A stretch of 64,000 nucleotides of DNA from Bacteroidales bacterium (GTDB lineage Bacteria; Bacteroidota; Bacteroidia; Bacteroidales; VadinHA17), in assembly GCA_963668715.1 (NCBI GenBank), contig OY764960.1, positions 2,511,602 through 2,575,601 on the forward strand. The letters are read 5' to 3'. The first letter of the stretch is position 1; every line of letters begins with the position of its first letter. The notes beneath the pieces were generated by a model. That model saw only the letters and a program-made list of their open reading frames with translations. It searched no databases and was not told where the DNA came from. The translations under genes were made by a program, and so were the position numbers. Positions 1-8,615 of the stretch are shown here, piece by piece.

Positions 1-1010
1 GAGCCTCCTGCACTGAGCCTGTCTATTGCCTGTAATATTTCTTCCTTTCTGTTTCCTCCTGTAGGCTCCAGCACTACTCCGGCTGCGCCGGCATATACTA
101 CTATCGATACCCTGTCTTCCGGTCTTAATTCATTAACCAGCAGTCTGAAAGCTGATTTCAGCAATGGCAATTTATCAGGACTGTTCATCGAGCCTGAAAC
201 GTCGAGCAGAAAGACCAGGTTTGACGGAGGCAGGTTTTCCCTGTCAATACTCTCCCCTTTCAAACCGATGTGCATCAGATAATGATCATTGTTCCATGGA
301 CATCCGGCTATTTCTGTAAAAACTGAGAAAGGATGTTCATCCCCGGGCTCAGGATAACCATAATTGAAATAGTTGATCATCTCTTCTATCCTGACGGCAT
401 CAACAGGCGGTTTCTGTCCATGGTTTATGAATCTTCTGACATTTGAATATGAGGCACGGTCAACATCTATAGAGAATGTTGAAAGCGGATTGTGCAGCAC
501 ATCCTTATAACCGTTCTCATGGATTGTCGAATATCCTTCGGTATTGAAGTTGCCGTTATACCATCCTGACTGGTCATATGCAGCCATAACTCCTCCTGCC
601 ATACGGTATGTGGCAGAACTTTTCCTGTGAGGCAGTGCAACACCGGTAACTGGCAGTCTTTGATCGCTATCCATAACTTTTTTATCAGGAATAACCTGCT
701 CTTTTTCAATGTTGTTAACCGGATTCATTGAAATATTAATAACCGTCCGGTTACTGATCTTTTCAAAAACGGTTTCATATCCTTTCCTTGAAAAAACAAG
801 ATATTTTGTTTTCACGGATATTTTTATTGAGTAATAACCGTTGATATCTGTTTCTGCTACTTCACTGCTGTTATTGTCTTTTACTTTTACACCCTGAAAC
901 GGCTGTCCTGTTTCATCAGTTACCTTACCTGTTATTATTACTGATCCTGAAAAACCTGTAGTAAATAAAGAGAGGGTCAATAGTGCGAAAATTGTTGATA
1001 TTGTCTTCAT
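1..1010 (-). CDS. vWA (von Willebrand factor type A) domain protein, YfbK/BatA-like, with signal peptide and CarboxypepD_reg-like N-terminal domain; C-terminus lies outside the window
   Basis: The frame is open to position 1, so it is absent from the ORF track. Own translation from the ATG at 1010-1008 (minus strand): MKTISTIFALLTLSLFTTGFSGSVIITGKVTDETGQPFQGVKVKD...LSTFSIDVDRASYSNVRRFINHGQKPPVDAVRIEEMINYFNYGYPEP...SNLVFLLDVSGSMNSPDKLPLLKSAFRLLVNEL...VSIVVYAGAAGVVLEPTGG. It has a DxSxS MIDAS motif and a YfbK-type pre-vWA region. Confidence 0.8.
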   Translation of the reverse strand, partial: MKTISTIFALLTLSLFTTGFSGSVIITGKVTDETGQPFQGVKVKDNNSSEVAETDINGYYSIKISVKTKYLVFSRKGYETVFEKISNRTVINISMNPVNNIEKEQVIPDKKVMDSDQRLPVTGVALPHRKSSATYRMAGGVMAAYDQSGWYNGNFNTEGYSTIHENGYKDVLHNPLSTFSIDVDRASYSNVRRFINHGQKPPVDAVRIEEMINYFNYGYPEPGDEHPFSVFTEIAGCPWNNDHYLMHIGLKGESIDRENLPPSNLVFLLDVSGSMNSPDKLPLLKSAFRLLVNELRPEDRVSIVVYAGAAGVVLEPTGGNRKEEILQAIDRLSAGG

Positions 1011-1140
1011 GATTGTGCGTTTTTAGTTTTACTTCTGTTATCAGGATGCAGGTATAACGAAAATTCCATAAAATTTTTGGCACATTTTTAGTATCATTAT
1101 TGCTGAATAAAGAAGTAGTCATCGTAAGATACATATATAC

Positions 1141-1746
1141 ATGGCATTACGCCTGAGAACAGAGAGAAATGAGAGCCGGACAGATAAGGAATTGCTCGAT
1201 GAGTATATTGCATCAGGTGTTCCCGATATCCTTGGAATACTGTATGGAAGATATATTTATCTTGTATATGGCGTATGCCTTAAGTATTTTAAAAACAGAG
1301 AACACTCACAGGATGCTGTGATGGATATATTTGAAAAAGTATTAGCAGTATTGAGGACACATAAGGTAATTAACTTTAAGAGCTGGTTATATGTTCTTAC
1401 CAAGAATTATTGCCTGATGGAATTGAGATCTTCGGATAAGATAAGGAGAGAGACCGTTAATATTGACAATCATGAGTATCTTTTTATGGAAAATGTGGCA
1501 GAACTGCATCCTATAGACAGAAAAGATGATAATATAGATAAAATTCTGGAATTGTGTATAGAAAAGCTTAAAGAGGAACAAAAGGAATGTATAAGATTGT
1601 TTTATTATGATAATAAGTGTTACAGGGAAATTGCCAGGAAGATGGATATTGATGAGAAGAAAGTAAAATCTCTTTTGCAAAATGCAAAGAGGAATTTAAG
1701 GATATGTATAGACGGAAAATATGAAGGACAGGAAGGAAGTTACTGA
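1141..1746 (+). CDS. RNA polymerase sigma-70 family (ECF-type) sigma factor
   Basis: 201-aa ORF. Region 2-like segment: QDAVMDIFEKV...SWLYVLTKNYCL. Region 4 HTH: ECIRLFYYDNKCYREIARKMDIDEKKVKSLLQNAKRNL. It overlaps the next gene by 26 nt. Confidence 0.8.
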   Translation: MALRLRTERNESRTDKELLDEYIASGVPDILGILYGRYIYLVYGVCLKYFKNREHSQDAVMDIFEKVLAVLRTHKVINFKSWLYVLTKNYCLMELRSSDKIRRETVNIDNHEYLFMENVAELHPIDRKDDNIDKILELCIEKLKEEQKECIRLFYYDNKCYREIARKMDIDEKKVKSLLQNAKRNLRICIDGKYEGQEGSY

Positions 1747-2608
1747 AAGGCGTCTTGATGAGATAAAGCGCTATCTGAAGGATGAAATGAACCCCTCCGA
1801 ACGGAATGAGTTCGAGAGGAAGCTTCAGTCCGACCCGTTTCTTGCCGAAGCAGTAGAAGGTTATTCCCTTATGGATCCTGACCTTATTAATACCGATATA
1901 AAACAAATAAAAAGAAGTCTTAAAGGTACCAGGCGGCAAAGCACTCTGATTTACAGGGTAGCTGCCGCAATTATCATACTTATAGCTGTTTCGTCTGTTC
2001 TGTTGGTAAAGAACCTCAGGCGACCTGAAATCCAAATGGCGGAAACGGTGTTAAGCCCGGGGGACGGGGATACGGCTCTTGAGATTCCGGACAAAGATAT
2101 GTTGAGAGAGGAACAGGTTATAACAGAAAATCTTAAGATTGGGAAGCAGGCGAGAAAAGAGATGCCCGAATTGAAAAAAGGAGCAGGCATAACAAGCAGA
2201 TCACCTGATACATTAAAGGAAATTCCGGCTATACCAGAAGCGCAGGCTGCAATGAAGAAAGCATCTGGAATAAGCAGGGTAACAGGTATGCCTGTAGCCA
2301 TTCGTGATTCGTCAGGAAGAGCAAGGCCTGTGACAGGCATGGAAAAATATATTGAGTACCTTGCAGAGAACCATGTTTATCCTGTTTCACAGGATAAGAC
2401 GGGCGATGCAGTGGTAGAAATGGAAATTATCATAGCTGATGACGGATCAATCGATAAGATAAAGATCCTTAAGAGCCCTGGCAAAGCATTTGCTGATGAG
2501 GCCAGGCGATTGATAAATGAAGGGCCTGCCTGGCTGCCCGCAATAAAAAACAGTGAAACTGTGCGGGATACAGTTATATTGGATATTCTTTTTAAGAAGC
2601 AGGATTAG
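1721..2608 (+). CDS. Putative anti-sigma/transducer membrane protein with TonB-C-like C-terminal domain
   Basis: Translationally coupled to the sigma factor. One TM helix (LIYRVAAAIIILIAVSSVLLV). The C-terminal about 90 aa (GMEKYIEYLAENHVYP...VVEMEIIIADDGSIDKIKILKSPGKAFADEARRLI) resemble the TonB C-terminal fold. Confidence 0.5.
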   Translation: MKDRKEVTERRLDEIKRYLKDEMNPSERNEFERKLQSDPFLAEAVEGYSLMDPDLINTDIKQIKRSLKGTRRQSTLIYRVAAAIIILIAVSSVLLVKNLRRPEIQMAETVLSPGDGDTALEIPDKDMLREEQVITENLKIGKQARKEMPELKKGAGITSRSPDTLKEIPAIPEAQAAMKKASGISRVTGMPVAIRDSSGRARPVTGMEKYIEYLAENHVYPVSQDKTGDAVVEMEIIIADDGSIDKIKILKSPGKAFADEARRLINEGPAWLPAIKNSETVRDTVILDILFKKQD

Positions 2609-2728
2609 CGGGCAGGCCTTACACCTGTTTTTATTCACTATCCATTCCTGTATACCGGTTCTTTAGGTTTGGCTGGAAAGGTTTTTACATAATTTTACTA
2701 TTCCTAATTAAAATCCATTAATGGGGCC

Positions 2729-3070
2729 TTATTTATTTTTTCCATTTACAGGGTTGGCGTCAAGAACAAACATACCTCTGCCGTGTGTTGCAATAATAAT
2801 CATGTTGTCACGAGGATGTATCTGTAGATCATGGACATATGCGAACGGGAGGTCTGCCGGGACACAAAGATTTATCCTGTTATTCCAAAATTTTACAAAA
2901 AGGTCCTGTACCGATTCTTCGATTATAAATTTACTTGAAGTGAATCTGTGCCCATAATTAATCAGAACAGGATAATACTCATTGAACAGATATTTAAATG
3001 ATTTTTCATTTCCCTTCTTAAAAGAAACCCAATGATTAATACTATTATTTTCAGGATTAATAATATTCAT
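2729..3070 (-). pseudogene. Chimeric remnant: N-terminal fragment of an ECF sigma factor fused in frame to the C-terminal tail of a BNR/sortilin-type beta-propeller protein
   Basis: Residues 1-65 (…KKGNEKSFKYLFNEYYPVLINYGHRFT…EESVQDLFVKFWNNR) look like sigma-70 region 2 only. Residues about 72-113 (DLPFAYVHDLQIHPRDNMIIIATHGRGMFVLDANPV) look like the conserved extreme C-terminus of large BNR/Vps10-like repeat proteins. Neither part is a complete domain set. Confidence 0.45.
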
Positions 3071-3327
3071 TGAATAATGATCTTATACGCTAACTTAAAA
3101 AGAATAATATATTAATACCATAGCCATATGTTATATGATTATTATTATACGCCTGCCAGGACACATCTGTCTGGCTGGTCATATTATTCAGCATGATTGA
3201 ACATTCTCGGCTTTTTATAAAAGGACAATTTTTTAAATGTTATCTATCCCTGGTTTATTTATTTTACGATATTTCAATCAGTATTTGGGTGCACAGATCG
3301 CACAGATCCGACACAAAATATTTTTAC

Positions 3328-4755
3328 TTATTGAACCATGTTCGTTTGTCCTTTCAGAATGAACTTGTCGTACAGCAGGAGCAACAGGCTGGCTCCCACG
3401 GCTATTCCTGAAAAGAGTATCCAGACATTACCAGGGTGGAAGGTGTTCCACAGGTACTGCGTAAGCTGTGTGCCATCCATTCCAAACAATTCCTGTGCTC
3501 TCTCAAAATATTGTGTCTGACTGAACTGTTCTGAGATAGGTTGTATTGTAAATCCTTTTTGTTCAACAGCCTTGCTTAGAAGGTAATATTTATCGGCCAG
3601 TATTTCGAATGGTTTACCTGATACCCATCCGGCGAGAAAATGACCTATGGCAATAGCCAGGAATACCGTACCCATATACAGGGCTTTCTTGTCAGGGGGA
3701 GCTATACGGCCTACATATTCGTTAAACTTAGGAGATGACGCCATCTCTCCAATACTGAAGATGAGCATACCTGCTATCATTATCCACGGATTCTGAGTTA
3801 TGAACATGAGAAGTAATCCTATACCAAGGATCAAAATGCCGGTCATCATCGACTGTAACGGACGGTAACGCATGCTTACCGACGACACCCACATCTGGAA
3901 CACAATTATAAAGAAGGCATCCAGACTTGTAATTGTGGGGGCTGTAATGGTTCCTTCCGCCAGTCCGAACAAAGCCCCTATCCTGTCCATGTCTACCCAA
4001 TGTTCGAGAAATACGGGGAATGAATAATATAGCTGGTTGAAGGCAGTCCAGAATAAGCCCATGATAACAAGGAAGAGTACGTATTTCCAGTTTTTTAGGG
4101 TTATCCATATATTGGTGAAAGCGATGCCGATATTCTTAATGAATTTTTCCTTAACAGGCTCCCTGTCAGGCTCCCTGAAGAAGAAAAATACGAAGATATA
4201 GTTTATGGCAATGGTAATAATAGACATCAGGAATACAAGGTTCCAGTCAATTTTATAAATAAAACCGGCAATGAAAGGGCCGATAAATCCTCCGACATTA
4301 ACCATAACGTAGAAAATACCAAAACCTACAGAAGCAGTTTCGTCATTAGTAGTCTTGGCTATCATTCCTGATATGATCGGTTTAAAAAGAGCTCCGGCAA
4401 TAGCAAGGAATATATAAGCGGCAAAAACCAGTCCGTATGAATCGAAAGTACCAACCATAAAATAGCCTGCAACATAAGCTGTAAAGGATAGGATGAGCAT
4501 TTTCTTATAACCTATCCTGTCGGATATAGCTCCTGTTATAACGGGCAGAAAATACAATAACATCGAACCCGTCCCAATGATAGCGCCTTTCTGTACCTGT
4601 GTAAAACCCAGCGCTCCTGTGTCTTTAGAAAGAGTAAGGTAAAGGGCAAAAGTATTATAGAATCCATACCAGGCCCATCTTTCGAACAGTTCCATAATAT
4701 TGGAAATCCAGAAAACACGTGGGAATTTCTTAAGTACAACACCAAGCTTACTCAT
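3328..4755 (-). CDS. MFS transporter, POT/PTR2 family (di-/tripeptide:proton symporter)
   Basis: 475 aa and polytopic. PTR2-type signatures: ERWAWYGFYNTFALYLT and FGIFYVMVNVGGFIGPFIAG. Confidence 0.85.
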   Translation of the reverse strand: MSKLGVVLKKFPRVFWISNIMELFERWAWYGFYNTFALYLTLSKDTGALGFTQVQKGAIIGTGSMLLYFLPVITGAISDRIGYKKMLILSFTAYVAGYFMVGTFDSYGLVFAAYIFLAIAGALFKPIISGMIAKTTNDETASVGFGIFYVMVNVGGFIGPFIAGFIYKIDWNLVFLMSIITIAINYIFVFFFFREPDREPVKEKFIKNIGIAFTNIWITLKNWKYVLFLVIMGLFWTAFNQLYYSFPVFLEHWVDMDRIGALFGLAEGTITAPTITSLDAFFIIVFQMWVSSVSMRYRPLQSMMTGILILGIGLLLMFITQNPWIMIAGMLIFSIGEMASSPKFNEYVGRIAPPDKKALYMGTVFLAIAIGHFLAGWVSGKPFEILADKYYLLSKAVEQKGFTIQPISEQFSQTQYFERAQELFGMDGTQLTQYLWNTFHPGNVWILFSGIAVGASLLLLLYDKFILKGQTNMVQ

Positions 4756-4781
4756 AATTATACGGTTTTAATAGAATTCGT

Positions 4782-5085
4782 AAATATAAAGTTTTAGAAA
4801 CAAAATAATTATGCTAAAAGGAATATTTGTCTTGTAATAAAAGATAAGTCCACAATCCACAGTCCACAATCCACAGGCCACAGGCCGCAATGTTAATTGG
4901 TTTATTGGTTAAATGGTTGACCTGTTAAGTCGTTGAGTTAGTTGACTAAACAATTCTTTTACACTTTTTTCTTACAATACTAAGTCCAATACACCAATAC
5001 ACCAATTAATGAATTAACATTTGAAGACTGTGGACTGGAATAACAGTCATTCCGTTAGTCTTTAGTCTTTTGCCTTTTGTCTTCA
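4782..5085. repeat. Mosaic intergenic repeat, locus A
   Basis: A 69-bp left segment (4782-4850) is about 91% identical to 8401-8469. CACARTC word array at 4849-4888. CAATGTTAATTGG at 4888-4900. GTTAAG/GTTGAG words at 4909-4946. An inverted second copy of the cagtc-aatgttaatt-ggtgtattgg block at 4983-5038. Pyrimidine-rich end module TTAGTCTTTAGTCTTTTGCCTTTTGTC at 5055-5081. Confidence 0.85.
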
Positions 5086-5696
5086 TAAAAATATGCCTCT
5101 TTCCTGTCTGCATCATCCCATGTAATAATTTTTTTGTCACGATTGATCCAGTAGAAATTGATCAGGGCAAAATCGCCGGCACACATCGTAGTATGCATGA
5201 AAAGGCTGCAGAGAATACTCCAGCTCCATAGTGGTGAATGAATAATAACTATCAGACAGATTAATAAAGCGCTTATTATAACGAATGGTGTTAAGGCTAC
5301 AATAATGAAAAGTACCGGGCCAACAGGGAACATATGGCTTGTAACATAGAAGTAATACTGGTTCCAGTCGGCGCCAATACGTATGTTCCTGGCACCACCG
5401 AAGAAATAGGGTATAATGTGAAGAAATTCGTGCGGGATAGCCAGTATAAGAGGTATTAAGATAATACCTATGGAACTATGCATTAATATTGTCAGAAAAG
5501 AATAATTATCCGAAAGAGCAATTCTGAAATCAGCCATCCATATTATTATGGCCAACAGAAATGACCAGGCCGATATCACAGGGAAAGTATGTTTTTTGAT
5601 ATATTCAAAAACAAAAGGTATCATTTCATCATATGATAAGGTGCGCAGGTGACAGAAGCGGTCACTTTTTACAATGTCCCGGACTTTTGTTTTCAT
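5055..5696 (-). CDS. DUF3267-like polytopic membrane protein, putative zincin metallopeptidase
   Basis: HExxH motif (PHEFLHIIP) inside a multi-TM protein. I prefer the ATG at 5696 (MKTKVRD) over the TTG at 5720 used by the track. The last 8-9 codons and the stop lie inside repeat locus A. Confidence 0.6.
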   Translation of the reverse strand: MKTKVRDIVKSDRFCHLRTLSYDEMIPFVFEYIKKHTFPVISAWSFLLAIIIWMADFRIALSDNYSFLTILMHSSIGIILIPLILAIPHEFLHIIPYFFGGARNIRIGADWNQYYFYVTSHMFPVGPVLFIIVALTPFVIISALLICLIVIIHSPLWSWSILCSLFMHTTMCAGDFALINFYWINRDKKIITWDDADRKEAYFYEDKRQKTKD

Positions 5697-5842
5697 GATT
5701 ATGTAAAGGTATTTATACAATTGAATAATTACAATATGCTGCTGGCTACCAGCGTTTAAAAACGGTGACGTTGTCAGGGATACTGTAAAACCGGATAATG
5801 TCTTTAAAAAACAGGATCAGATAAACGGTTTTTTCATTGTTT

Positions 5843-8227
5843 CTATTCTACTACCCATTCCTGTAAGCCGCAAGCACATTTCTTTTGTCTTTTTACAACC
5901 ATTTTCAACGAAGTGGTTTTTACCGGCTCAAAACGTACTTCATTATATCTCCGTTCTTCAGTGCCGTATTCATCCAGGTTATTAACAGGCTGCCATTCTT
6001 TATTATCATTGAGATATAACAGCTCCCATGATTCGGGAGGACGGCAACATGTCCAGGGTTGATCGTCGTACCATATAATCATGGTAAATGGCCTGTCATA
6101 CCAGTATACTTTGACAGAAGATACGGTTTCAGGTTTATTAAAAACATATTGAACCCAGCCTGTTGTATCTTTTAATGGCCATTTGTAATAGCCACATACC
6201 GGATTACACTGGAGATTTGAAACAAAACGCTGGTCATTTATGCTTTTAATAGTGACAGTATCATAGGAGGATAACACTTTGCTTGTTGCTGCAATAGTAG
6301 GTGACGGATCACGATGAGGTATGATAGCCCATTCTTTACAGGGTATCCATACGATCATCTCTGACGGTCCCCTGTTGGCCCACAGGTAATAAGGTATCGC
6401 CCTTACTTCCTGTTCATTCATTATGGGTTTATCATTACCCTGTTGTTCTCTGAAACTGTACCCTGTAGTATTAAGTACATATGTCCCGTCAAGCAGGTTA
6501 TCTTCTTTTTCTATACTGAAGGATGCTTCCGGTTTGATCATTATATTCTGAACATGGCCTTCTTTATTGTCCTGTCCCTCCAGACAGTATACGACAGGGC
6601 CTCTCTGAAGGGCCATTCTTCCCCTGTCAGCCACTACATTATTGTCGGCATATATTTTCATGACATCCATCGGAAGCTCCAGTTTGATTTCATCACCTGC
6701 AGACCATCTTCTTTCAAAGACCGCATAACCGTTTTCTTTATAATATTTTACAGGTTTCCCGTTAAGGCTTATCTTAACGTTATCTTTATGCTCGTTTTCA
6801 TAATAATAAAGGCCGGAAGGGAGAGGTTGTTTTTCTGCCCATCCGGGAATCCTTACCCTGACAGTGAATTTCCTGTTTTTTAACGGATCAACCTTTATAA
6901 TTATTTCTCCATCCCATGGATAGCCGGTTTCCTGCGATATCTCAACAGCTCCGTTTTTCAGATCCACCTTACTGCTGCTACCGATAAAGAGGTTTACATA
7001 CAGGTCATTCTCTTTATATGCGTAGATAAAACCCGGTATTTGTGGCATAAATCGTACAATGTTGGTAAGACAGCATGGGACACCATAGAATGAAGCCCTC
7101 TGGTATTCTCCGTTTGAAGCAAGTGGATTGGGATAGAAGAAACGGTCCCCGCTAATAGAAACACCGTCAAGGAGGCTGTTATAAAGAACCCTTTCAAGTA
7201 CATCAATATATGCAGCATCACCTTTTAGCCTGAACATACGGTCATTCCATAAGATGTCGGCTATTGAGGCACATGTCTCATTATAAGCTATTTCATTGGG
7301 AAGTTGGTAACGTTTGCCGAAAGCCTCATCATAATCGTATGATCCTGTGCCTCCGGTTATATATATTTTTGATCTTACCATGCTTTTCCATATGGTGTCG
7401 ATAGCCCTGGCGTATCCCCTGTCTCCTGTTAATGCTACAATATCTGTTACTCCGGAATAAAGATATAGCGCACGCACGGCATGACCGATTGGTTCTGTCT
7501 GGTCTGTTACTTTCTTATTCGATACCCCATATTCAGTCCCGTCAGGGCCCCTGGAATCGATAAAGAATTTTGAAAGTTCAAGATATTCCTTTTTACCTGT
7601 AGCGCGGTACAATTTCACCAAAGCCAGCTCTATTTCAGGGTGGAATGGGTAAGCTACAAGTTTGTCAGGCCCGAAAACAGACAATAGTAGTTGTGCATTT
7701 TTTTCAGCCATATCAAGCATGTCTTTTTTACCCGTTGCCTCATAATGAGCCACGGCAGCCTCAAACATATGCCCGGAAAAATACAGTTTATGACTACCGC
7801 CCGTTTCACCGAAATCCTCGCCCAGCCAGCGTAGTGAGTCCGGCATGGGTGTCCTGTTTGGTTTTGCCCCGGGGAACAACAGGTCGCCGTCGGGTTGCTG
7901 CGATTCCCTGACTATCTGAATAAGCTTATTTGCCATTGATTCCAGTTGAGGACTATCATCAGTCATCATATAATAGGATATACCCTCAAGTACTTTATAG
8001 AGACTCGATCCTCCCAGTCCGCCTTTATCCTCTAACTGTCCCAAAACAAAGGGAAGTGTAACATTCAGGTTTCGTTCTATCTTGTGATTCCAGAAAGCAT
8101 CCTTCATTTCTACTTCCGTAAAGTGTACGGGATGAATGGGATAATCCCTTTTTTCAGGTTGCCTGCTGCTTGTCATAACAGCAACAGGAATAAGTACCAT
8201 AATAAAATTAATAATGTTTCTTTTCAT
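5843..8227 (-). CDS. Glycoside hydrolase family 127 (DUF1680, beta-L-arabinofuranosidase-like), secreted
   Basis: 794 aa with a signal peptide. GH127-like segments: HKLYFSGHMFEAAVAHY, AYNETCASI, YGVPCCLTNIVRF (Cys cluster). An extra C-terminal beta-sandwich-like region is present. Confidence 0.8.
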   Translation of the reverse strand: MKRNIINFIMVLIPVAVMTSSRQPEKRDYPIHPVHFTEVEMKDAFWNHKIERNLNVTLPFVLGQLEDKGGLGGSSLYKVLEGISYYMMTDDSPQLESMANKLIQIVRESQQPDGDLLFPGAKPNRTPMPDSLRWLGEDFGETGGSHKLYFSGHMFEAAVAHYEATGKKDMLDMAEKNAQLLLSVFGPDKLVAYPFHPEIELALVKLYRATGKKEYLELSKFFIDSRGPDGTEYGVSNKKVTDQTEPIGHAVRALYLYSGVTDIVALTGDRGYARAIDTIWKSMVRSKIYITGGTGSYDYDEAFGKRYQLPNEIAYNETCASIADILWNDRMFRLKGDAAYIDVLERVLYNSLLDGVSISGDRFFYPNPLASNGEYQRASFYGVPCCLTNIVRFMPQIPGFIYAYKENDLYVNLFIGSSSKVDLKNGAVEISQETGYPWDGEIIIKVDPLKNRKFTVRVRIPGWAEKQPLPSGLYYYENEHKDNVKISLNGKPVKYYKENGYAVFERRWSAGDEIKLELPMDVMKIYADNNVVADRGRMALQRGPVVYCLEGQDNKEGHVQNIMIKPEASFSIEKEDNLLDGTYVLNTTGYSFREQQGNDKPIMNEQEVRAIPYYLWANRGPSEMIVWIPCKEWAIIPHRDPSPTIAATSKVLSSYDTVTIKSINDQRFVSNLQCNPVCGYYKWPLKDTTGWVQYVFNKPETVSSVKVYWYDRPFTMIIWYDDQPWTCCRPPESWELLYLNDNKEWQPVNNLDEYGTEERRYNEVRFEPVKTTSLKMVVKRQKKCACGLQEWVVE

Positions 8228-8400
8228 GTCTTTTAGCGTTTAATTCAGGTGCAGAATTGTCTATTCAACTTTTTCGATTGCCCTTTTAGTATGAACTTTA
8301 TCATATAGCAGCAGGAATAAACTGGCTGCTACAGCAATCTGTGAACATTATCCGGATATTACCAGGTTTGCTCATAATACAGTTGTATAATAGAACCCAT

Positions 8401-8582
8401 AAATATAGGGCTTTAGAGACAAAATAATTATGCTAAAAAGAATATTTGTCTTGTAATAAAAAATAAGTCGGCAGTCCACAATTCACAGTCCGCAATGTTA
8501 ATTGGTGTATAGCGTTAAACGTTCCGGGTTAAGCGTTCCGGGTTCCCTTGTCCCTTTTGCTGGTGCGGACGGAAAGAGATGG
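8401..8582. repeat. Mosaic intergenic repeat, locus B
   Basis: The 69-bp segment shared with locus A, then GGCAGTCCACAATTCACAGTCCGCAATGTTAATTGGTGTAT, then AGCGTTAAACGTTCC/GTTAAGCGTTCC words, then GTTCCCTTGTCCCTTTTGCTGGTGCGG. It ends in a truncated, arm-flipped hairpin core (GCGGACGGAAAGAGAT). Confidence 0.85.
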
Positions 8583-8615
8583 TTTAATACCATTTATTAT
8601 TAATTTTGTCATGAA

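Noticed and set aside
2609-2640. A possible terminator after the anti-sigma-like gene (CAGG-ccttaca-CCTG followed by TTTTTATT).
   Set aside because: The stem is only 4 bp, which is too weak to report as a feature.
3285-3315. GCACAGATC-GCACAGATC-CGACAC just downstream of the POT transporter stop, possibly a tenth repeat locus.
   Set aside because: It is only about 25 bp and shares just a loose CACAG word with the family. That is insufficient to call.
4801-4808. Is there a -7 promoter box in the 69-bp A/B segment (minus-strand TTATTTTG)?
   Set aside because: On checking, the sequence is TATTTTG, one T short of TAnnTTTG. I do not claim a promoter there.
4811-4837. A conserved 8-codon mini-ORF (MLKGIFVL* at 4811-4837 and MLKRIFVL* at 8430-8456) inside the 69-bp duplicated segment.
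   Set aside because: It is too short to assess and it lies on the strand opposite the flanking genes at locus A. Its conservation is explained by the nucleotide-level duplication. I mention it only as a possibility under the 69-bp finding.
4851-4875. AATCCACA / AGTCCACA words resemble DnaA boxes (TTATCCACA), and one repeat cluster lies upstream of dnaB. Is this an origin?
   Set aside because: The matches are partial (6-7 of 9) and the words vary freely (CACAGTC, TACAGTC, CGCAGTC). No dnaA gene or AT-rich unwinding element is adjacent, and the same words occur at many unrelated loci.
4849-4888. Could the word arrays be CRISPR arrays?
   Set aside because: The units are only 7-8 bp, directly tandem with no spacers. 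No cas genes are in the window.
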